DNA from: Nitrospirota bacterium
GTDB lineage: Bacteria; Nitrospirota; UBA9217
Direction: 5' to 3'
Assembly: GCA_963840455.1 (NCBI GenBank)
Contig: CAWIYV010000010.1
Location: 288,001-352,000 of the forward strand
DNA: 64,000 nt
Shown piece after piece: positions 17,940 through 27,337 of this stretch. The position numbers were made by a program, and so were the translations under genes. Under the pieces are notes generated by a model, which saw only the letters and a list, made by a program, of their open reading frames with translations, made no database searches and was not told where the DNA came from. Position 1 is the first letter of the stretch; every line of letters starts with the position of its first letter.

Positions 17940-20900
17940 CTACGACCCGATGACTCCCGCCTCTTCGGACTCCACGGCCGCATCGATCATGGCGATGATC
18001 TGGTCGTCGCGGAAGTTGTTCACCTGGAACGCCTTGGCCGGGCAGATGCCGGCGCAGATGCCGCAGCCCATGCACTTGACCTCGTTGTGCGAGATCTTCC
18101 CATCCTTGTCGATGAAGGGCGACCCGAAGGGGCAGACCCGCAGGCACGAGAGGCAGGACATGCAGAGCTCCCGCTTGTGCTTGGCGATGATGCCCGAGAC
18201 CGCGAGCTTCTCGTGCGACAGGATGACCCCTGCGCGGCCCGCGGCGGCAAGCGCCTGGGTGATGGTCTCGTCGAGGTTCTTCGGAGCGTGGCCGAGGCCT
18301 GCCACGAAGAGCCCTTCGCTCGGGAAGTCCACCGGCCTGAGCTTGACGTGCGCTTCGAGATAATAGCCGTCGGGGTTGCGGGTGACCTTGTACAGGGCAC
18401 CGACACTGTCGGTCGTGGGATGAGGCCGGAGCCCGACTGAAAGGACGAGCCAGTCCGCATCGAACTGCAGTTCCCGGTCCAGCATGTAGTCCCAGGCCTT
18501 GACCTGGACCTTGTTCCCTGCCTGCACGACAGCGGGCTTTTTATCCACGTCGTACCGGACAAAGAGCACGCCGAGGTCGCGGGCCTTCTTATAATAATCC
18601 TCGCGCAGACCGTACGTGCGGATGTCCCGGTACACGATGACCACTTCCGCTGCCGGATTCCGCTCCTTGATGGCAATGGCGTTCTTGATGGCGTCCTGGC
18701 AGCAGACGCGGGAGCAGTACTGGGCAGGCTCTTCGCGGGAGCCCACGCACTGGATCATGACGAAGCGCTCACCGGACCTCGGGACAAGCTTCTCGCCGAA
18801 AAGCTTCTTTTCCAGCTCGCGCTGGGTGATAACGTTCTTGCTCTGGCCGGCAAGGTATTCCGTTGGCTGGTATTCAACGCCTCCGGTCGCAAGGATGATC
18901 GCGCCATGCTTCACGACCTTTCCGTTGCTCAGGGTCGTCTCGAAATTGCCGACAAATCCGTCGGTGTTCTTCACCTCCGCGCCGGTATGTACGGTGATCT
19001 TCGGATGGGCCTTCACCTCGGCGATCTTTGCAGCAAGGAACTGCTGGACATCAGAGCCGTCGAGGCTCCGGTAGAGGTTCCTCGCCAATCCTCCGAGCTC
19101 AGGGTCCTTCTCGATGATATGCACGGGATAACCCTGGTCGGCCAAGGTAAGCGCCGATGTCATGCCGGCAACGCCGCCGCCGATGACAAGCGCGGCCGGG
19201 GTCACGCCCACGGTCTCGCTCTTGAGCGGCTCCTGGAGCCGGGACTTCGCGACCGCCATCTTCACGATCTTGATCGCCTTCTTCGTGGCCACCTCGTTCT
19301 GGCCCTTGTGGCACCACGAGCACTGCTCGCGGATGTCGGCGAGATCGAAGAGATACTTGTTGAGGCCCGCCTCGCGGATCGTTTCCTGGAACAGCTTCTC
19401 GTGGGTCCGGGGCGTGCAGGACGCGATCACGACGCGGTTCAGGTTCTGGTCCTTGATCGTCTGTTTGATCACGTCCTGGTTGTCCTGGGCGCAGGCGTAG
19501 ATGGTGTTCGTGACGTAGGCGACGCCCTTTTCCTTCTTGATGGACTCGACGACCTGGTCGATCTCGACGGTGGACGAGATGTTCGTGCCGCAGTGGCAGA
19601 CGAACACGCCGATGCGCGGCGCCTCGCCGGCCACGTCCTTCTCAGGCGGCAGCTCCTTCTCGACCGTCTCGGTGCCGCGCGCCTCGGAAAGGAGGGCCAT
19701 GACGCTGCCGGCAACACCGCTCCCCTGCATGACCGTATCGGGTATGTCCTTGGGGCCCTGGTAGATGCCGGTGACGAACACGCCGTCGCGCGAGGTCTTG
19801 ACCGGCGCGAAGTGCGAGGTCCTGGCGAAGCGGTAGTCGTTCATCTCGATGCCGAAGGTCTTCGCGAATTCCGCGGCGTCCTTGTGGGGCTCAAATCCCA
19901 CGGACAGGACCACCATGTCGAATTTCTCGTTCGAGAGCTTGCCGTCCTCGCCGGCGGTGCGGAGGATGAGGTTGCCAGTGCCCGGCTCCTCACGGACCGC
20001 GGACACCATGGCGCGGCGGTACTTGACGCCGTAGTCGTTCTTCGCGCGCTCGACGTACTTGTCGAAGTCCTTGCCGAAGGCCCGCATCTCCATGTAGAAG
20101 ACCGTGGGCTCGATGTTCTTGTCGTGCTCCTTGGCGATGATGGACTGCTTGGTGGCGTACATGCAGCAGACCGACGAGCACCAGGGATTCGCGTTGTGAT
20201 TGTCCCGGGACCCGACGCATTGGATCCAGGCGACCTTGACCGGGTGCTTCTGGTCCGACGGCCGCTGGACAACGCCTTTATAGGGGCCTGACGCAGAGAG
20301 GATGCGCTCGAACTGGACGGAGGTGACCACGTTCGGCCAGCGGCCCAGGCCCAGCTCGGGCCGCACCCGCGCATCGTATCGGCTGAGGCCCGGCCCCAGG
20401 ATGATGGAGCCGACCTTCAGCTCGATCTCCTGGTCCTGGTCCTCGTAGTTGATCGCGTTGGCCTTGCAGGCCTTTTCGCAAAGACGGCAGCGTTTCTTTT
20501 GCGGGTCCGTGAGACAAAGGCAGCTCTTCGCATCGATGGCGCGCGTGTTCGGCACTGCCTGGGGAAAGAGCGAGAAGATGGCCTTGCGCTGGCCCAGCTG
20601 CTGGTCGAACTCGCTCGGCACCTTCTTGGGACACTTGGCCTCGCAGTCGCCGCAGCCCGTGCACTTGTCAGTTCTTACGTACCGCGCGGCCTTTTTGACC
20701 TTCACGGTGAAGTTGCCCGCCTGGCCGGAGACCGACGTGACCTCTGACAAGGTGTGGATGTCGACATTGAGATGGCGGCCCACCTCGACCATCTTGGGCG
20801 AGATCATGCACATGGCGCAATCGCCCGTGGGGAAGGTCTTGTCGAGCATGACCATGGTGCCGCCGACAGACGTGTCCCGCTGGACCATGTGCACCTTGAA

Positions 20901-20996
20901 ACCGCTGTCGGCGAGGTCAAGCGCCGCCTGCATGCCGCCGATGCCGCCGCCGACGATCAGAACGGAGCCGCGCTTATTGGTTTTGGATGCGCTCAT
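17940..20996 (-). CDS. hdrA: Heterodisulfide reductase subunit A-like flavoprotein with two FAD domains, 1018 aa
   Basis: Start MSASKTNK overlaps the hdrB stop. Two GxGxxG motifs, LDKTFPTGDCAMC, two QCVGSR..CSxVCC motifs, GVFVCHCG, ASCTPRTHE and ferredoxin motifs. Confidence 0.95.
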   Translation of the reverse strand: MSASKTNKRGSVLIVGGGIGGMQAALDLADSGFKVHMVQRDTSVGGTMVMLDKTFPTGDCAMCMISPKMVEVGRHLNVDIHTLSEVTSVSGQAGNFTVKVKKAARYVRTDKCTGCGDCEAKCPKKVPSEFDQQLGQRKAIFSLFPQAVPNTRAIDAKSCLCLTDPQKKRCRLCEKACKANAINYEDQDQEIELKVGSIILGPGLSRYDARVRPELGLGRWPNVVTSVQFERILSASGPYKGVVQRPSDQKHPVKVAWIQCVGSRDNHNANPWCSSVCCMYATKQSIIAKEHDKNIEPTVFYMEMRAFGKDFDKYVERAKNDYGVKYRRAMVSAVREEPGTGNLILRTAGEDGKLSNEKFDMVVLSVGFEPHKDAAEFAKTFGIEMNDYRFARTSHFAPVKTSRDGVFVTGIYQGPKDIPDTVMQGSGVAGSVMALLSEARGTETVEKELPPEKDVAGEAPRIGVFVCHCGTNISSTVEIDQVVESIKKEKGVAYVTNTIYACAQDNQDVIKQTIKDQNLNRVVIASCTPRTHEKLFQETIREAGLNKYLFDLADIREQCSWCHKGQNEVATKKAIKIVKMAVAKSRLQEPLKSETVGVTPAALVIGGGVAGMTSALTLADQGYPVHIIEKDPELGGLARNLYRSLDGSDVQQFLAAKIAEVKAHPKITVHTGAEVKNTDGFVGNFETTLSNGKVVKHGAIILATGGVEYQPTEYLAGQSKNVITQRELEKKLFGEKLVPRSGERFVMIQCVGSREEPAQYCSRVCCQDAIKNAIAIKERNPAAEVVIVYRDIRTYGLREDYYKKARDLGVLFVRYDVDKKPAVVQAGNKVQVKAWDYMLDRELQFDADWLVLSVGLRPHPTTDSVGALYKVTRNPDGYYLEAHVKLRPVDFPSEGLFVAGLGHAPKNLDETITQALAAAGRAGVILSHEKLAVSGIIAKHKRELCMSCLSCLRVCPFGSPFIDKDGKISHNEVKCMGCGICAGICPAKAFQVNNFRDDQIIAMIDAAVESEEAGVIGS

Positions 20997-21871
20997 AACA
21001 GGTTCAACTCCTTTAACAGGCCCATGGCGTCGACGAAATGCCGGTCCACCTGCATTGCCTCGGGGCTCATGCCCATGGAGACGCCGATGAGCTCGGTGAT
21101 GAAGTAGACGGGCAGCCGCTTCTCGATGCCGTATTTCTTTCCCACCGCGTCCTGGTAGGCGTCGACATTGAACTGGCAGAGCGGACAGGTGGTGACCAGG
21201 CAATTCGCACCGCGCCCGATGGCGTCGGTGAAGATGCGGGACATGAGCAACTGGGACTGGTCCGCGTCGTTGACCGAGGCCGACGCGCCGCAGCAGTCCG
21301 TCTTGTAGCCCCAGTCCACCGGGACTGCGCCCAGGGACCTCAGGATGGTCTCCATGCCCTGGGGGTTCTCTACGTCGTCGGGCACGTCCACGTCGAGGGG
21401 AAAACGCGTGAGGAGGCAGCCGTAGTAGCAGGCCGGCTTGAGCCCTTCAAGCTTCTTCACCGTCTTCGCCGTAAGCTCGCCGGATTTTGCTTTCGGCACC
21501 AGTACCTCGAGAATGCTCGAGACCTTGATGTCGCCCTTGATCTTCTGCGAAAGTTCGGCGTTGATAGAATCCTTGAGCGCTGGATCGGCAGCCAAAGCCT
21601 TTTGCGAGACCAGAGTCCTGCTGTAGCACGAAGAACAGGGGATCACGATCTCCGCGAGGCCGGTCGCCGCGGCTAAACCCAGGTTCCGCGCGGGCAGTGC
21701 GACAGCGAGGAAATCATCGGTCTTGGCCGCGGCAGTGGCGCCGCAGCAGTTCCAGTCCTCGATCTCCCTGAGCTCGATGCCCAGGTTCTGGAACACCATC
21801 TTGCATTGCACGTCATAGAGCTCCGATGACGAGTGCAGGGAGCAACCGGGATAGTAGGCAAGTTGTGTCAT
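20993..21871 (-). CDS. hdrB: Heterodisulfide reductase subunit B
   Basis: Start MTQLAYYPGCSLH. Two CCG domains (WNCCG..PCSSC; YYGCLL..DCCG..TCPLC). Confidence 0.94.
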   Translation of the reverse strand: MTQLAYYPGCSLHSSSELYDVQCKMVFQNLGIELREIEDWNCCGATAAAKTDDFLAVALPARNLGLAAATGLAEIVIPCSSCYSRTLVSQKALAADPALKDSINAELSQKIKGDIKVSSILEVLVPKAKSGELTAKTVKKLEGLKPACYYGCLLTRFPLDVDVPDDVENPQGMETILRSLGAVPVDWGYKTDCCGASASVNDADQSQLLMSRIFTDAIGRGANCLVTTCPLCQFNVDAYQDAVGKKYGIEKRLPVYFITELIGVSMGMSPEAMQVDRHFVDAMGLLKELNLL

Positions 21872-21891
21872 GGATTTCTCTCCGGGGACCG

Positions 21892-22494
21892 CTAGCGGCC
21901 CTTTGCTTTTTCGTACAGGGCCTTCACTTCCGAACGCGCCTTCACCTTGTCCAAACCGAGATGCAGCCGCTTCTTCTTCATCATATCCACCGCGAGACGA
22001 GCCTGGCCGACCATCTCGTCGATGACCGCCTTCACCTTCCCCTTCGAAAGCTCCTTGATCGCGGTCTTGGTCTCGTAGATCGTGAGGGCCTCGATCTCGT
22101 TGAAGCGGCCCAGGTGCCGCGTCGATGTCATGAATGCGCTGTGGAAGTCCGCGATACGGGGGGTGAGCGGCGTGGCGTGGGCCTTCTTGGCCATCTGCTT
22201 CAGGGTCTCGGTGATCCGCGCAGTCTGGATGTTGTTGGGGCAGCGCGTGCCGCAGGTATAGCAGGCCACGCACTTCCAGACCAGCAGGTTGTTCAGTGCG
22301 GCCTCCCGGTCGCCGACCACGATCAGCCTGATCAGGCGGTCCGGCGTGACACCCGTCTCTTCGCCGACCGGGCAGCCGGCCGCGCAGCGCCGGCATTGAT
22401 AGCAGGCCTGGAGGTTCTGGCCCGATCGCTTTTGGACCTCGTCCAGGAGCGGCTTCGAGGTTGCGGCATCATAGGTTAATACTGATGATGACAT
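21892..22494 (-). CDS. hdrC: Heterodisulfide reductase subunit C
   Basis: CYQCRRCAAGCP and CVACYTCGTRCP [4Fe-4S] motifs; start MSSSVLT at 22494. Confidence 0.92.
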   Translation of the reverse strand: MSSSVLTYDAATSKPLLDEVQKRSGQNLQACYQCRRCAAGCPVGEETGVTPDRLIRLIVVGDREAALNNLLVWKCVACYTCGTRCPNNIQTARITETLKQMAKKAHATPLTPRIADFHSAFMTSTRHLGRFNEIEALTIYETKTAIKELSKGKVKAVIDEMVGQARLAVDMMKKKRLHLGLDKVKARSEVKALYEKAKGR

Positions 22495-22566
22495 ATGCAC
22501 TCCCTTGACCGGATGGCCTTCGTTGGTTCCCGGCAAATCAAGTTCTTATTACACGGATGACTCTTT

Positions 22567-22674
22567 ACCGCGAAGACGCTAAGAACGCGAAGAAAACCTT
22601 GGGATTGCCGTCTCGGCAGAAAACCCTTCGCGACCTTCGCGCCTCAGAGTGGCCCTCTTTTGGGCCATAGCGGT
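22567..22674. repeat. Short-period (9-nt) inverted-repeat element
   Basis: ACCGCGAAGACGCTAAGAACGCGAAG ... CTTCGCGACCTTCGCGCC...GCGGT, with small internal hairpins. Confidence 0.6.
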
Positions 22675-22704
22675 TCCAACGCTCCAGGTTCCGGCCTGTC
22701 CCTT

Positions 22705-23268
22705 TTAAGACCGCTCTTTCAGAAGCTCCAGCATCTCCATGCGCGTGGACTCCTTGGTGCGGAAGATGCCGCGGACAGCTGAGGTGACCACCCGGGAGCC
22801 CGGCTTCTTCACTCCGCGCATGCTCATGCAGAGGTGCTCGGCATCGATCACGACCATGGCGCCCTTGGGCTTCAGGCTGCTCACGATGAAGTCGGCGAAC
22901 TGTGTGGTCAGCCGCTCCTGCACCTGCGGCCGCTTGGCAAAAATCTCGAGGGCCCGGGCCAGCGCGCTGATGCCCACGATCTTCCCGGCGCCCGGGATGT
23001 AGGCGATATGGGCCTTGCCGAAGAACGGCAGGAGATGGTGCTCGCAGACCGAGTAGAACGGGATGTCCCGGATCATCACCATCTCGTCGTGGGTCTCGCC
23101 CGCCATAGGCTTGAGCAGCTCGCTCGTGTCGGCCGCGATGCCCGAGAAGATCTCCTGATACATTTCGGCCACGCGCTGGGGCGTGCTTCGGAGCCCCGGC
23201 CGCTCAGGGTCCTCCCCGATGCCTTCGATGATGAGCCGTACGCCTTTTTCTATTTTTTTGAGATCCAT
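22705..23268 (-). CDS. folE: GTP cyclohydrolase I
   Basis: [34 protein letters not shown] and HLCMSMRG motifs. Confidence 0.97.
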   Translation of the reverse strand: MDLKKIEKGVRLIIEGIGEDPERPGLRSTPQRVAEMYQEIFSGIAADTSELLKPMAGETHDEMVMIRDIPFYSVCEHHLLPFFGKAHIAYIPGAGKIVGISALARALEIFAKRPQVQERLTTQFADFIVSSLKPKGAMVVIDAEHLCMSMRGVKKPGSRVVTSAVRGIFRTKESTRMEMLELLKERS

Positions 23269-23289
23269 CCCGATTGTGTATGATAACGC

Positions 23290-23847
23290 TTACTGGCGGT
23301 GAACGTCTATTACTCTTTTTTCCGTTACGATCATCTGCATCGGTATATCATGCAGGTCTGCAGGCGCATCCGAAACGATCTGGAGCTCAAAGGCCAGTGC
23401 CGCGGTCCTTCCTTTATATAAAGGAAGGAGCTTGTCGTAGAATCCCGCGCCATATCCGATGCGGTTCCCCTGCTCATCGAAGGCCGCGCCGGGCACGACG
23501 ATAAGACCGATGTCCTTGAGCTCTACGCGCATGCCTCCTTCCGGCTCGGGGATGCCCCAGGCGCCGGGGAGAACATCATTGTCAAAGCTCTTGATCTCGA
23601 AGAGCTCCAGTTCCTTCCCCTTCACCTTGGGGAGCACCACCCGCTTGCCCTCTGCAAGGGCCCGGCGGATCATGTGATGCGTTTCCACCTCGCTCTGGAA
23701 CGAGGCGTAGAACATGACGATGGACGCGGCGCGGTATTCCGGCAGGCTGAACAGTTTCGCCTCGATCTCCGCGCTCTTTACCCTCCGTTGCTCCGGCGTC
23801 AGCTTGAACCGCGCGTCCAGGACCTGTTTTCTGATCTTATCTTTCAC
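23290..23847 (-). CDS. 5-formyltetrahydrofolate cyclo-ligase
   Basis: WGIPEP, VVPGAAFDEQGNRIGYGAGFYD and HDIPM..IVTE motifs; GTG start. Confidence 0.94.
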   Translation of the reverse strand: MKDKIRKQVLDARFKLTPEQRRVKSAEIEAKLFSLPEYRAASIVMFYASFQSEVETHHMIRRALAEGKRVVLPKVKGKELELFEIKSFDNDVLPGAWGIPEPEGGMRVELKDIGLIVVPGAAFDEQGNRIGYGAGFYDKLLPLYKGRTAALAFELQIVSDAPADLHDIPMQMIVTEKRVIDVHRQ

Positions 23848-23853
23848 GGAGGA

Positions 23854-24633
23854 TTATTTCTTCATGAGCTGGTCCAGCGCCGCCTTGATCTTCTTTGCTT
23901 CTTCGACCGCCCCGGGTGATGCATCGAAGGGCGAGCGGCCGTCGAGGTCGGCCTTGACCGTGTCCGGCGTGTAGCTCATGAAACCCAGCACCTTCATGCC
24001 CGGCAGGTTCTTCTGCACGAACTCCTTGTCTGTCTCGCGCTGGATCTTGTTGCCCACAACGAAGACCTGCTTCACGCCCAGCCCCTGCGCCAGGGACTCG
24101 ATGTGCTTCGCGGTCTGCAGGCTCCGCTGGCCCGGCTCCACCACCACGATGAAGGCGTCGACACTGCCGGCCGTGCCGCGGGTCAGATGCTCGATGCCCG
24201 CTTCCATGTCGAGGATCACCACTTCATCGCGGCGCAGGATCAAGTGACTGATGAGACGCCGGAGAAGGGTGTTCTCGGGACAGAAGCACCCTGAACCCGC
24301 TTCGCGGGACTTCCCGACGACGAGGAGCCTGACACCCTCGTGCTGAACGCTGTAGGTCTCGGGAATGTCGTCGACCTTCGGGTTGATGCTGAACACCTTG
24401 GCCGATGAGCCCGGCCGCGCTCCGGTGCGCTCCTCGATCATGTCCGCCTGCTCGGCGAGCGGAAGGGCCTGCTTCGCCGCCTCAGGCGATATGCCCAGAG
24501 CGGACGCGAGGTTCGCGTCAGGGTCGGCATCGACAGCGAGGACCTTTCGGCCCTCCGCAGCGTAGAGCCTTGCCAGAAGTCCGGAGAGGGTGGTCTTGCC
24601 GACGCCGCCCTTCCCGGTAATTGCGATTTTCAT
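23854..24633 (-). CDS. cooC: CooC nickel-insertion ATPase (second paralog)
   Basis: MKIAITGKGGVGKT, VDADPDANL, GCFCPE and DMEAGIEHL motifs. Confidence 0.94.
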   Translation of the reverse strand: MKIAITGKGGVGKTTLSGLLARLYAAEGRKVLAVDADPDANLASALGISPEAAKQALPLAEQADMIEERTGARPGSSAKVFSINPKVDDIPETYSVQHEGVRLLVVGKSREAGSGCFCPENTLLRRLISHLILRRDEVVILDMEAGIEHLTRGTAGSVDAFIVVVEPGQRSLQTAKHIESLAQGLGVKQVFVVGNKIQRETDKEFVQKNLPGMKVLGFMSYTPDTVKADLDGRSPFDASPGAVEEAKKIKAALDQLMKK

Positions 24634-24662
24634 GGGAAAAGCTCCTGAAGAAACGACTCAAC

Positions 24663-24726
24663 AAAATAGCATCACAAAAGAGGAGGTGTCAAGGATTTTT
24701 TGTTACCGGAGGTTACAAATGGTAAC
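24663..24726 (-). promoter_or_regulatory. sigma70 promoter of the cooC-folE-hdr-metVF operon with upstream GTTAC/GTAAC boxes
   Basis: TTGACA-N18-TATTTT with TG extension; GTTAC/GTAAC half-sites at 24702, 24712 and 24722 (10-bp phasing). Confidence 0.55.
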
Positions 24727-24946
24727 GGATATTAGCAACTCTATAACGAACGCATGGCCTTTCAGTGCTGCGAAAGACCTTCGTTCATGGCTGGCGACTG
24801 GATCGAGCCGGCGAGCAAGCGATCGGGAAACGACGTTGGCATGAGAAACATATTGGCAGCGTGCTGCCAAGCAATTCGATTTCTGTTCTCTCTGGCAGCG
24901 TGGAGGAAGAACCTCTGCAGAAAGCAACACCTCACTACCGGACCAC

Positions 24947-25327
24947 TCATGCCGGCGGAGCCCCGAACAGCTTGTTGATCAGCGAATGAAGGTCGCTGGG
25001 CTGGAACGGTTTTTTCACATACCCGCTCGCACCCAGGGCGAGGCCTCGCTGAGTGTCCTCTTCCTTTCCCTCGGTGCTCACGATGATGATAGGGATGCTG
25101 GCAAACTTCTTGAGCGCCTTTACCTTCTGGATGAACTCGAGGCCGTTCATGAGCGGCATGTTGATGTCCACCAGCATCATGTTCACATCGGGGTTCTTCT
25201 CCAGCTTGTCAATGCCGTCCTGGCCGTTGAGCGCCTGGACGATCTCGCACCGGTACCGCATGAGCACCATTTTGTACATCTGGTGTATCAGGGCCGAATC
25301 ATCGACCACCAGCACCTTCTTGAGCAT
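24947..25327 (-). CDS. Single-domain CheY-like response regulator
   Basis: Start MLKKVLVVDDS; VDINMP, VSTEG, KKPF. Close paralog of the two CheYs in the che cluster. Confidence 0.9.
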   Translation of the reverse strand: MLKKVLVVDDSALIHQMYKMVLMRYRCEIVQALNGQDGIDKLEKNPDVNMMLVDINMPLMNGLEFIQKVKALKKFASIPIIIVSTEGKEEDTQRGLALGASGYVKKPFQPSDLHSLINKLFGAPPA

Positions 25328-25374
25328 TGCCTCATCCTCCTGCCGTCGTAAATGCATCGCGGTCAACTGCCGCG

Positions 25375-25770
25375 CTAGTTCTTGAGCGGGATCCCCAGCT
25401 CCTCGATCTTCTGCATCAGTTCCCGGATATCGACGGGCTTCTGGTAATAATGGGTGGCGCCGCGATCGTAGGCGTCCTGCCGGACCTCCTCGGAGCCATG
25501 CGCGGTCATGATGATGACCTTGGTCCCGGGCCAGTAACGCCTGATATACGTCAGGAGCTCCAGCCCTTCCTCGCCCAGTATGCCCGACATGCGGATGTCG
25601 GCGATCACCAGGTCGAATGCGTGCTTCTTCAACGCCTCCTCGGCGGGCTCGAGCCTGCTCGCCGTGATCACTTCCACGTCCCGGGACCGCAGGGCGTACG
25701 AAAGCGTCAGCAGGATGGTCGGCTCATCATCAACGATCAGTATCTTCTTGGGAGCGTTGGCCTCGCCCAT
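25375..25770 (-). CDS. Single-domain response regulator
   Basis: ILIVDDE, ADIRM, IMTAHG and QKP receiver motifs. Confidence 0.9.
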   Translation of the reverse strand: MGEANAPKKILIVDDEPTILLTLSYALRSRDVEVITASRLEPAEEALKKHAFDLVIADIRMSGILGEEGLELLTYIRRYWPGTKVIIMTAHGSEEVRQDAYDRGATHYYQKPVDIRELMQKIEELGIPLKN

Positions 25771-25880
25771 CGTAATGTTCTTCTCCGCGGTGCAGCGCTC
25801 ATGCTTGGAGGATTATACCAGAAAATCAATTTCATGAAAGTATTTATTGTCTGCTCCGCATCCTCCTTCACGTCCGGACA

Positions 25881-25896
25881 CGGACGGGCCCGTGCC
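25881..25896 (+). repeat. 16-bp target-site duplication, copy 1 (others at 27322-27337 and 28759-28774)
   Basis: Identical CGGACGGGCCCGTGCC flanks both IS elements. Confidence 0.9.
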
Positions 25897-27321
25897 TGTA
25901 ATGCCAAAATGATAATGTCCTATTCTGCCAAAGTAGAAATGTCCTAATTCCGGCTACAATGCCCTACCAATCGGGAGGGCACAGTGGCAGATAAGGACAT
26001 GATCACGATGAGCAGAAGGGAATCGAAACGTCTTCACGTTATCCATCAGGCATTGGACCGGAAGGTCAGCCAGGTCGCGGCAGCAGCGGTTCTCGGGCTG
26101 AGCGACCGGCAGCTCCGGCGGCTAATCAAGCGGGTTCGGACCGAGGGCGACGACGGCATATGCCACCGGTCTCGCGGCCGGGCGTCGAACAACCGGATTC
26201 TGAAGAAGATCAAGGAGCGGGCACTCAAGCTTTTTAAGCGAGAGTATGCCGACTTCAATCTTGCCCATGCCACGGAGAAACTTTATGAGGTCCATGGGAT
26301 CGCCATAAGCGATGAAACACTCCGGCTCTGGCTGAACGAGGCGGAGGTCCCCTATAAAAAGCGCCGAGTGAAGAAGCACCGGCAGCGGCGCGAACGGAAG
26401 GCCTGTTTCGGCGAGTTGGTACAGATAGACGGCTCCCATCATGACTGGTTCGAGGGCCGGGGCCCGTTCTGCGTGTTCATGGGGTACATTGACGACGCAA
26501 CGGGAACCGTTTATGGCCGATTCTATGATTACGAGGGCACGATGCCTGCCATGGACAGCATGAAGCGGTATATCAGGCTGTACGGTATCCCCCAGAGCGT
26601 CTATCTGGACAAGCACACCACGTACAAGTCATGGGCTAAGCCGACCATCGACGAACAGTTGTCCGGCCGGGAGCCCATGAGCCATTTTGAGAAGAGCTTG
26701 GCGGCCTTGGAGGTCGAGGTCATCCACGCCAACTCTCCCCAGGCCAAGGGCAGGGTGGAACGACTGTTCAAGACGCTGCAGGACCGCTTAGTCCGGGAGA
26801 TGCGCCTTCGGGGGATCAAGAACGTCGACGAGGCGAATACCTTCCTGGACGCCTATCTGCCGAAGCATAACAGTCGGTTCCGGAAACAGGCTCGTCTCAA
26901 GGCCGACCTGCACCGGCCGGCCCCGCATGCAAGAGAACTCGACCGCATCTTCTGCATCAAGGAGGAGCGGACGGTCAAGAACGACTTTACGATCGCGTAC
27001 AACGGCAAGCTTTACCAGATCGAGCAGATGACCCGGGCCAAGAAGGTCACCGTGGAGGCGCGTCTTGACGGCAGTTTGCATATCACTTACAACGGCCAGG
27101 ACCTGCGCTATCGGATGATTACGGAACAGCTGCCAAGGGAAACGCCGGGGCCACTCCCCCTGTTCCCAGCAAAGAAGCCTTGGATACCTCCGACCGATCA
27201 TCCCTGGAAAACGAGGCCCGCCCTCACACCTAGACGACGTCGAGAGCAGCCTCTATCGGCACCGTAAAAACCGGACATTTCTATTTTGGTAAGAATAGGA
27301 CATTTCTACTTTGGCTTGACA
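25897..27321 (+). mobile_element. IS1202-family (ISNCY) insertion sequence A, 1425 bp, apparently intact
   Basis: TGT...ACA ends. IRL TGTAATGCCAAAATGATAATGTCCTATTCT versus IRR reverse complement TGTCAAGCCAAAGTAGAAATGTCCTATTCT. Two repeated binding sites per end; 16-bp DR. Confidence 0.9.
25984..27267 (+). CDS. DDE transposase (IS1202/ISNCY family)
   Basis: N-terminal HTH; GELVQIDGSHHDWFEGRG, IDDATG, VYLDKH and SPQAKGRVERLF motifs. Confidence 0.93.
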   Translation: MADKDMITMSRRESKRLHVIHQALDRKVSQVAAAAVLGLSDRQLRRLIKRVRTEGDDGICHRSRGRASNNRILKKIKERALKLFKREYADFNLAHATEKLYEVHGIAISDETLRLWLNEAEVPYKKRRVKKHRQRRERKACFGELVQIDGSHHDWFEGRGPFCVFMGYIDDATGTVYGRFYDYEGTMPAMDSMKRYIRLYGIPQSVYLDKHTTYKSWAKPTIDEQLSGREPMSHFEKSLAALEVEVIHANSPQAKGRVERLFKTLQDRLVREMRLRGIKNVDEANTFLDAYLPKHNSRFRKQARLKADLHRPAPHARELDRIFCIKEERTVKNDFTIAYNGKLYQIEQMTRAKKVTVEARLDGSLHITYNGQDLRYRMITEQLPRETPGPLPLFPAKKPWIPPTDHPWKTRPALTPRRRREQPLSAP

Positions 27322-27337
27322 CGGACGGGCCCGTGCC

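Noticed and set aside
25871-25900. IS target as a dif/Xer site
   Set aside because: No resemblance to the AT-rich XerC/XerD arms, and the DR is 16 bp rather than the short DR of the Xer-targeting subgroup.
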